From: a virus
Lineage: Duplodnaviria; Caudoviricetes
Virus record (IMG/VR): IMGVR_UViG_3300031992_000012
Location: 64,001-128,000 of that record
DNA length: 64,000 nt
Strand: one strand, 5' to 3'
The notes under the pieces were generated by a model that saw nothing but the letters and a program-made list of their open reading frames with translations, did not search any database and was not told the origin of the DNA. A program made the translations under genes and the position numbers. Numbering within the stretch: position 1 is the stretch's first letter; each line of letters begins with the position of its first letter. This document shows positions 54,908 through 61,995 of the stretch, in pieces.

Positions 54908-54988
54908 TGCGGTGTAGAGCAGTGGTAGCTCGCTGGCCCCATAAGCCAGGTCATTAAGTCGTGCGTTCGATTCGCACCACCGCTACCA
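54908..54988 (+). tRNA. tRNA-Met(CAT), initiator-like but atypical
   Basis: Acceptor TGCGGTG/CACCGCT plus ACCA; D-arm GAGC/GCTC; anticodon arm CTGGC-CCCATAA-GCCAG; T-arm GTGCG-TTCGATT-CGCAC. Confidence 0.85.
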
Positions 54989-54995
54989 AATCTCC

Positions 54996-55029
54996 AGCCC
55001 TGACGACAGAGATGCCGTCAGGGCTTTTT
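54996..55029 (+). terminator. intrinsic terminator
   Basis: AGCCCTGACG/CGTCAGGGCT plus T tract. Confidence 0.8.
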
Positions 55030-55100
55030 GCGTTATATTTATAGATGTCCCCGGCCAACGCCGGAATTAAAAGGGAACGAAACAGAAAAGGAATCAAGAC

Positions 55101-55616
55101 ATGATTTACTGCAAGATTATCAACAAAACGAAAACGCCGCTTGCCCTCAACTGGATTCCTGGCGGGATTTCCATTCCGGTAGGTTCGGCAGCTATTCTCG
55201 AATACGACCCCTTCACGCTCCTCGACAAGCGCGGCAGCGTGTACAGCGGCGCCATGGCCATGCTGGACAACGGCCTTATCGAAGTCCAGTACTGCGCGAT
55301 GCCGCCAGCGAAGACAATCCCGTCGCTGACCTCCCAGGCTGAAGTCAAGGAGGAGGCCCCCAGGAAGGTCGAGCCACCGAAACAGCGCAAGTCAGTGTTC
55401 GAGACCGACGAGGAAAAAGGTTCCGCCCTTGACCTGGAAGTCTCGGTGGCTGCGGCTAAACCGGCCGAGAAGAATACCGACGAAGGTGTCGCGGTCTCCG
55501 TCCCGAAGGACGCCCCCAAGACCGAAGCGCCTGCAGAGAGCGTTGCCGACGAGGCTGTTGCGGAAGCCCCCGCAGAAGAGGCCCCGAAACGCAAGCGCGG
55601 TTCCAAGAAGATTTAA
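55101..55616 (+). CDS. hypothetical virion-module protein
   Basis: Low-complexity C-terminus; RBS. Confidence 0.7.
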   Translation: MIYCKIINKTKTPLALNWIPGGISIPVGSAAILEYDPFTLLDKRGSVYSGAMAMLDNGLIEVQYCAMPPAKTIPSLTSQAEVKEEAPRKVEPPKQRKSVFETDEEKGSALDLEVSVAAAKPAEKNTDEGVAVSVPKDAPKTEAPAESVADEAVAEAPAEEAPKRKRGSKKI

Positions 55617-55625
55617 GGAGACCAC

Positions 55626-55940
55626 ATGAACGGTCAAGTCTGTTTTGGCGACGCTGTCCCGCTGTCCGCTTCGGTCAGCACGACCAGCACGGCCATTATA
55701 AGCACGATTGGCGACCCCAGCCTTCGCAACGACGCGAAGTACCTCCGTGTCTCCAATCTTTCGTCGAACTATGTCTACCTGTCGGTGAACGCCCCGGCCG
55801 AAAAGAACAAAGGCCTTGTCCTGGCCCCGAAGGGCACGGACGGCTGGTACGTCGAGTTCAACAACACGAACATGTTCTACGGCACGCTCAACGCGATCTC
55901 GGATGGCTCGGGAACGCTTGCCCTTCTCATCGGAGGCTGA
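55626..55940 (+). CDS. putative small structural beta-sandwich protein
   Basis: LRVSNLS.NYVYL..GLVL.P pattern; AAGGAG RBS. Confidence 0.65.
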   Translation: MNGQVCFGDAVPLSASVSTTSTAIISTIGDPSLRNDAKYLRVSNLSSNYVYLSVNAPAEKNKGLVLAPKGTDGWYVEFNNTNMFYGTLNAISDGSGTLALLIGG

Positions 55941-55941
55941 C

Positions 55942-56361
55942 GTGACGTCAAGGGATGTCCTGAAAGAAAGGTTCAGGCTCCTTCTGGGTGAGGCGGCCGC
56001 CGGTGTAGGTGAATCAATGCACCGGGTGGTCGCCGCTTCGTATTCCCTGGGAGTGAAGTACTCCATTCCGGAGGCGATCGAATTTTTCAACGCGTTGGAA
56101 GATCCGACCAAGGTCCCGGGGTGGCTGGACTATCTCCCCGAAGAAGTGGAGTGCGAGTTCCCGGTAAGGGAGAAATGCTTCGACTGTTTTTATGTAAGAC
56201 TGTGCGCGGCCAGCGCGGCCGAAGGCGTGACAAGGGAGGCTCTGCTGATGGACGCCTACGAGTACATGCCCGAGGATTTCCACACCAAGCCTGAGTGGGG
56301 TATCGGTCTTCTTATGGATGCAGCCGATTCGTACAGGGAGCTAAAGGATTTGGAAGCATGA
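55942..56361 (+). CDS. hypothetical protein
   Basis: GTG start after GGAGG. Confidence 0.65.
   Translation: MTSRDVLKERFRLLLGEAAAGVGESMHRVVAASYSLGVKYSIPEAIEFFNALEDPTKVPGWLDYLPEEVECEFPVREKCFDCFYVRLCAASAAEGVTREALLMDAYEYMPEDFHTKPEWGIGLLMDAADSYRELKDLEA
56083..56102. repeat. dispersed palindrome, copy 5
   Basis: TTTTTCAACGCGTTGGAAGA inside a CDS. Confidence 0.75.
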
Positions 56362-57167
56362 TTTTCGACACCGTCTTTTCAAGCACAGCCGAGTCTACCT
56401 CCCTCCCTGTGATAACAGGGCTGGAAGGAGCCAAGAGGGAATGGAACATAACACTGCGCATGGACGCCGGCGAGTCCTCCCTCCCTTATGACCTGTCCGA
56501 CATATGGAAGGTCAAGTTCATATGCAAGACTTCGCCGGAGGACCGTCGCATAGCCATTGAGAAGGACTGCGAGATAATCAACCCGAAAGCAGGCGTAGTC
56601 CGTCTCATGCTGGAGCCGAAGGACATGAAGCGCTCCGGCTTGTGGTGGGGCGCTATACAGCTTTTCGACAATGACAAGGTTCTTGTCGAGCAGTTCAAAT
56701 GCTGGCTGCTCGTCAGGCAGACGATAGACGGCACAAGCAAGCACAAGACGCTTACCGTCCCGGAAGTCAGGGCGTTCCTGTTCGACAGGTGCGCCGAGGA
56801 CAACCGCCTGCTGGCCTCCACGCAGTTCACCGATGACGAGATAATGGAGGCCATGAAGAATCCCGTCGACGAGTGGAATTCCACTCCGCCCTCGGTATGC
56901 TGCTTCACCACCGTCAACTTCCCCTGGCGACTTCCCTGGATGAAGGGGACAGCCGCCTACCTGCTCAAAAGCCTGGCCATCCAGCAGATTCGCAACAACG
57001 CCACCTACCAGACAGGCACGGTCAGCGTGAACGACAGCGACAAGGGGCAGGCCTTCCTTCAGATAGGGGAAATGCTTTACAAGGAATGGCGCGACTGGCT
57101 AATGGCCAAGAAGCGCGAAATAAACATCGACATGGGCTGGGGTCACGCAGCCTGGGCCGACTTCTAA
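56358..57167 (+). CDS. putative head-tail adaptor (neck) protein
   Basis: N-terminal Ig/BppU-like beta domain; VR.FL.D..EDN.LL..FTD.EI..WN..PP; position. Confidence 0.6.
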   Translation: MIFDTVFSSTAESTSLPVITGLEGAKREWNITLRMDAGESSLPYDLSDIWKVKFICKTSPEDRRIAIEKDCEIINPKAGVVRLMLEPKDMKRSGLWWGAIQLFDNDKVLVEQFKCWLLVRQTIDGTSKHKTLTVPEVRAFLFDRCAEDNRLLASTQFTDDEIMEAMKNPVDEWNSTPPSVCCFTTVNFPWRLPWMKGTAAYLLKSLAIQQIRNNATYQTGTVSVNDSDKGQAFLQIGEMLYKEWRDWLMAKKREINIDMGWGHAAWADF

Positions 57168-57176
57168 GGAGTTACA

Positions 57177-57380
57177 ATGAAGAACATCGACATCTTTAAG
57201 AGCTACCTGTACGCATACAAGCAGGCTTCCGAAGCCGAGTGCTGCGGTCCTCAGACGACTAGCAAGGCCAACGAAAAACCGGTCGACTGGCGCGAACGCG
57301 TCCGTCGCGGAGTCATGAAAGGACTTGGCAAGGCCAAGCAGACCGTCGGAAAAGGAACTGACGCCGTAAAAGGCAAGTAA
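57177..57380 (+). CDS. small protein with AYKxA leader
   Basis: MKNIDIFKSYLYAYKQAS. Confidence 0.7.
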   Translation: MKNIDIFKSYLYAYKQASEAECCGPQTTSKANEKPVDWRERVRRGVMKGLGKAKQTVGKGTDAVKGK

Positions 57381-58246
57381 TGGAATTCAACCCCTTCGAC
57401 GATATCACCCCTCCTGAACAGGCGTTCTCGTCGGTGGACATCATGCTGGACACTTCCCTGCGCACTGTTGTGAGCTGGAAGCTCAAGCAGGCGATGCCCG
57501 CCGAGGACGGCCTGTTCTGTGTTGAACGCTCCGTGTATGGCGAGCCCTTCCAGCCGGTCACGGGCATGCTGGATGACTGCTCGGCAGTCATAGAGGGCAT
57601 GCCGGTTCCGTCGCCTGACAAGGACTCCATACAATGGCGTGTCGTCTATATCGCCGGGGGTCGCCGGTGGGAGTCGATACCGCTACGCGTGGCGTCTACA
57701 ATAGACAAACGCGAGAGAGGCCTGCTGGACGTCATCGCCCACAGGGAGGCCGTCACCATCGAGAGATACAGCGGGGCAAAAGGTCTTCTGCTAAAGTCAA
57801 GGACATCCGGGCGCCCGTGCCCCATATGCTTCGACAAGGGCATAGAGTCCGCGACAAGGACATCCTGCCCGAACTGCTTCGGAACGGGGCATGCAGGAGG
57901 CTTCTACCATGGAAAACCATGGACGGTCAATATCCTCGGCGAGCCCGACACGTCCAAGGACACCCACCCCGTACTGGGCGCGGTCGAAAAGAACAACAAG
58001 GTAACGGCCAGGGCCATGCACCTCTACCCGGCGGAGCCCGGCGACATATGGATTGACTCCAACAGCCAGGAACGATGGGTCATAGGTGACGTCCAGCCGG
58101 AAATATCCTTCCGTGGGGTCGTGTTGACGGTAAAGATGAGCATGTCCCGTCTGCAGCGCTCCGCCGCCCATCCAATCAACGAGCCGGAAGTGTCCGAGGA
58201 ACTGCAGAAGACGCTTACAGAGGAGGAGAAATGGGCCCAGCTCTGA
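57380..58246 (+). CDS. putative head-closure/neck protein
   Basis: G..CP.C..CPNCFGTG..GGF Zn module; PGDIWI..RW.I. Confidence 0.55.
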   Translation: MEFNPFDDITPPEQAFSSVDIMLDTSLRTVVSWKLKQAMPAEDGLFCVERSVYGEPFQPVTGMLDDCSAVIEGMPVPSPDKDSIQWRVVYIAGGRRWESIPLRVASTIDKRERGLLDVIAHREAVTIERYSGAKGLLLKSRTSGRPCPICFDKGIESATRTSCPNCFGTGHAGGFYHGKPWTVNILGEPDTSKDTHPVLGAVEKNNKVTARAMHLYPAEPGDIWIDSNSQERWVIGDVQPEISFRGVVLTVKMSMSRLQRSAAHPINEPEVSEELQKTLTEEEKWAQL

Positions 58247-58911
58247 CATTCGAGAAGCCGAAGTTCCCGGACGCGGTGCAGATGGAATGCGCTACGCCTC
58301 CGGGCGCGCGCACACCGGTCCTTCCCTCCGTTCTCATGAGCCGTGTGGCAGACCTGCTACGCGCCATGTTCAGCGACCCGGCGAACATATGGCATACGCA
58401 GCTCCGCGACATGCTCTTCTCGGACGACCACGAGAAGACCAAGGTGTTCGTGATGATGGGGTTCTCGACCACTCCGGAAACAGAGCAGGCCGAGACCTTC
58501 CCCAGAGTTGTCGTAAACGGAACGGACGCCTACTTCGGCAATCTCACGCCGGTCACGGACGGACTGTTCGTCAACACGGATTCCCCTGAGGGAGAAGTGT
58601 TTGGGCTGGACGACAGCCTTGAGCACTTCGAGGGGCAGCTACATATAACGTGCGCCTCCAGAGGCGCCCTGGAAGCCCTCCTTATGGCCGAATCAGTTGT
58701 CATGTTCTTCCGGCAAAACTCAAATTATATAAGGAAGGACTTGTGCCTATCCAACTTTGATGTTAGGGTACTTAAAAGCCCTCGTAAAGCCGAAGGCGCG
58801 GATGGAATCTACGAGTCATCCCTCACCGTCGCATGGAGCAGCGGAATGGCCTGGACAAGCGTCCAGGACGGTCCCGCCCTCGGTGCAGTGGGTGCCCAAG
58901 GCATCGGTTAA
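58231..58911 (+). CDS. putative tail terminator/completion protein
   Basis: PRVVV, ITCAS..ALEA..AE motifs; directly upstream of the sheath. Confidence 0.55.
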   Translation: MGPALTFEKPKFPDAVQMECATPPGARTPVLPSVLMSRVADLLRAMFSDPANIWHTQLRDMLFSDDHEKTKVFVMMGFSTTPETEQAETFPRVVVNGTDAYFGNLTPVTDGLFVNTDSPEGEVFGLDDSLEHFEGQLHITCASRGALEALLMAESVVMFFRQNSNYIRKDLCLSNFDVRVLKSPRKAEGADGIYESSLTVAWSSGMAWTSVQDGPALGAVGAQGIG

Positions 58912-58989
58912 ACAATCAGACGCGGTGTGCTGCACCGTGCGTGTCAGCGGAGACGCTGAAAGTCCCTAGACAACAGCATAGAGATATAA

Positions 58990-61284
58990 ATGAGTTATCA
59001 ACCTCCACAGACCAGGGTCTTCACAGAGTTTGCGGAATCGACAACTGTCACGGCTGCCGAACTGTCCGCCTGCCTTGTCGGCCCCTACTACGATGTCCAT
59101 GACAATGTGAAGCTGGGTTCCTACGCCTCCACGGCCACGACATATCCCTATGTCGACCTCGACGGCACGGATTCCATCGAGCCTAGCGACATGGCCAATG
59201 TCTTCACCTGCGTTCTTCGCAACGCCCAGGTCCAGGCTTACCGTAACATCACCTACTCCGACACGGAAGGAACTGCCGGATTCATCGGCTCGGACGGCAA
59301 GTCCCTGCTTACCGGCATGACCGTCGCCAACGGCGGCGGCGTTTCCGTCCCTGCTGGCTTCCCTGCACTGTCCATCGGCGACACCGTTCTTCGCTACGGT
59401 TCGGACAACGCTCTCAAGAGCACCAACACCGTGGCCGGCTTCCTTCCGGCTAACGCCACATCCTATGGAATAGGGCTCGCCAAGTTCGACACGGCCAACG
59501 AACATAGTGCCGGTGACATCACACTCGGCGGAACGCATACCTACACTTCCGACGCGGTCCTCGTCTTCACGATTACCGCCGGTGGCAAGATTGGCACCGA
59601 CAGCGTCAAGGCGTCCCTCAGCATCAACGGCGGCGCGGCCATCCAGACCAACATCACCTGCGGCACCAGCGCGGTCTCGCTCTCCGGTGCAACGGGTCTC
59701 ACAACCCTTACTGTCTCGTTCGCTACGAACGTCACCTGGACGACCGGCGACAAGATTTCCTTCGGCATCAGCGCCCCGACGAACTATACCTCCCCCAGCG
59801 ACATGGGCTACGGTGTCGTCGTCCTAACCAACGCCGAAACATCCATGGCCGAAGGCGACTATTTCGTCCTCTACTACAACGCGGGCGACATCGAGAACCC
59901 GACCGGCGCCACATTCGGCGCGGAAGGTCTTACGGTCACCGCTTCCCTTACATCTGGCGGTCTCTCGCTCTACTCTGGCACGTTCTACGCCACGTACCGC
60001 GTCCGCAAGCACGAGTTCACCGAGAAGGTCTACACGGTCGGCACCACGGCCGAACTCACAGGCATGATTGGTGCCCCGCACCCGTTGAACCCGTTGTCCA
60101 TGATGTGCAGCCTCGCGCTCGCCAACAGCAACGGCAGCTCCGTCACCTTCGTGGCGGTCGCGGACGACTCGGATAATGCTTACGCCAAGGCCTTTGAAAT
60201 CGTCGGGACGAACGGCAACGCCTGGGCCGTCACGCCCTACAGCGAATCCGTCACTGTCCAGCAGTACGCTTTCAACGCCGTCAAGGAATTCGGCAGCCCC
60301 GAGAACATGAACTGGAAGACCGCGTGGCTAGGCTACGACACGGAATCGCTCCAGACAGTCATGGCGACGCTTGCCGGCGAAGTCCATACCCCCGAATACT
60401 ACACGAACAGCGGCACGGAGTCCGCTGCCACGTCGAACCGCATCTACGTCAGCGCGGCCAGCTACGACATCACGGTCCTGAAGGCCGGCGACGTCATCCA
60501 GTACAACGGAAACACCTACACGGTCGTGAGCGTCTTCACGGCGGTCACCAACCCGTATATCCTCATCAACGCCCAGCTCGCCGTCGGCGCCATCAGCGGT
60601 GCCTCGGTCATCCGCCCTGTCAGCGCAGCCGACAAGGTGGCCGAGGTAAGCGCGTACGCGTCCTCGTTCAACAGCGAGCTCGTCCGTGTGTTCTACGGCG
60701 ACACGCCATACCTCACCGCCTTCCCGACCGCCGACTGCCCCATGAGCTATGTCGCGGCTGCCTGGGCTGGCAAGCGTTCGGGCGTTCCCCCGCACCAGAG
60801 CCTGACCCGTTCGACCATCGACGGAATCTCGTTCGCCGGCCTGTCCGGCTTCTCCACCTCGGAACTCAACGAGATGGGTGGCGCCGGTGTCTGGCTGACA
60901 ATCACGGACTCCACCGACGGTACGACCTATTGCCGTCATCAGTTGACAACCAAGAGCCAGACCGAGAACTACAACCTCAAGGAAGACTCCAAGATTGCCA
61001 ACGCGCATGAAATCAGCATGACGGTCCGTACGGCCCTGGACGTCTACTACGGCCGTGCCAACGTCGTCGACGCCGCGCTCGAACTTATCCGCCTGAAGTC
61101 CATCAGCGTCATCAACAACGTCCAGGCGCGTGCCTGGAGCGACCTGCTTGGCCCGCAGATTACGGAGCTGGAGAGCATCAGCGTCGAGAAGGACGCCAAC
61201 TACAGCGACCGCGTCAACGTCTACATCAACTGCGCGACGCCTGACCCGCTGAACAACCTCGACGTCTACCTGACAATCCGATAA
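58990..61284 (+). CDS. contractile tail sheath protein
   Basis: N-terminal P.T.VF.EF..ACLVG; C-terminal AG..S..PHQSLT, ELNEM..GV, RHQLTT, P.PLN.L.V.L. Confidence 0.8.
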   Translation: MSYQPPQTRVFTEFAESTTVTAAELSACLVGPYYDVHDNVKLGSYASTATTYPYVDLDGTDSIEPSDMANVFTCVLRNAQVQAYRNITYSDTEGTAGFIGSDGKSLLTGMTVANGGGVSVPAGFPALSIGDTVLRYGSDNALKSTNTVAGFLPANATSYGIGLAKFDTANEHSAGDITLGGTHTYTSDAVLVFTITAGGKIGTDSVKASLSINGGAAIQTNITCGTSAVSLSGATGLTTLTVSFATNVTWTTGDKISFGISAPTNYTSPSDMGYGVVVLTNAETSMAEGDYFVLYYNAGDIENPTGATFGAEGLTVTASLTSGGLSLYSGTFYATYRVRKHEFTEKVYTVGTTAELTGMIGAPHPLNPLSMMCSLALANSNGSSVTFVAVADDSDNAYAKAFEIVGTNGNAWAVTPYSESVTVQQYAFNAVKEFGSPENMNWKTAWLGYDTESLQTVMATLAGEVHTPEYYTNSGTESAATSNRIYVSAASYDITVLKAGDVIQYNGNTYTVVSVFTAVTNPYILINAQLAVGAISGASVIRPVSAADKVAEVSAYASSFNSELVRVFYGDTPYLTAFPTADCPMSYVAAAWAGKRSGVPPHQSLTRSTIDGISFAGLSGFSTSELNEMGGAGVWLTITDSTDGTTYCRHQLTTKSQTENYNLKEDSKIANAHEISMTVRTALDVYYGRANVVDAALELIRLKSISVINNVQARAWSDLLGPQITELESISVEKDANYSDRVNVYINCATPDPLNNLDVYLTIR

Positions 61285-61359
61285 CGGAGACAGGACGGCC
61301 AGAATAAACCGGCCGGGGCTTGAACAGGCTCCGGCCGAACACCAACGGAATAAGTAAAA

Positions 61360-61860
61360 ATGCCTGACAACACGTATTCTTCGATATTCGGAACATCGAC
61401 CACCCCGGTCGCCCTTTCCCTCGGCAAGCGTATCCTGACAATCGCCGGCGACAACAACACGTCATACAAGCTGGCTGTCAACAGCCTCCGCTACACCTTC
61501 TCCCGTACCATGACCCCCTACTACCCGCTGAACGCCGCCGATATCGGCAAGATTCTCGTCGCGGGCGAACCGGTCGGACAGCTCACGCTGACCTACCTCA
61601 TGGGCGTCGGCACGAATGTCACGGCTTTCCTGAAGAAGTTCAGCGACGTCTGCAGCATCGACAGCAACAGCATGTCGATTGACGTCGGCACGAACAGCGA
61701 CTGCGGCAACAACGCCACCAACACATTCAACGTCAACCAGAAGTTCACCTTCACCGGCATGCTGATTACCTCGGTGTCCGGCGATGTGACTCGTTCCGAA
61801 CGCGGTAACCTCTGCGTTGGCACGGTCACCATGTCGTTCATGGACATGGTAGCCCAGTAA
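61360..61860 (+). CDS. tail tube protein
   Basis: 166-aa beta-rich ORF immediately after the sheath. Confidence 0.65.
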   Translation: MPDNTYSSIFGTSTTPVALSLGKRILTIAGDNNTSYKLAVNSLRYTFSRTMTPYYPLNAADIGKILVAGEPVGQLTLTYLMGVGTNVTAFLKKFSDVCSIDSNSMSIDVGTNSDCGNNATNTFNVNQKFTFTGMLITSVSGDVTRSERGNLCVGTVTMSFMDMVAQ

Positions 61861-61995
61861 GCTTGTCATCTCACATTTGTATCTTCTTCCCGGCGGGTAT
61901 CACACCCCGCTGCAACCGAGGTGACAATCCCCCCGCCAGCGGTGGCTTTTCCTCCCTTTTCCCACCGCTGACGGGTTTTTCTTTAACGGAGCCTT

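Noticed and set aside
54908-54988. tRNA as a prophage attachment site
   Set aside because: No integrase or duplicated tRNA 3' end was seen, and phage structural genes continue on both sides.
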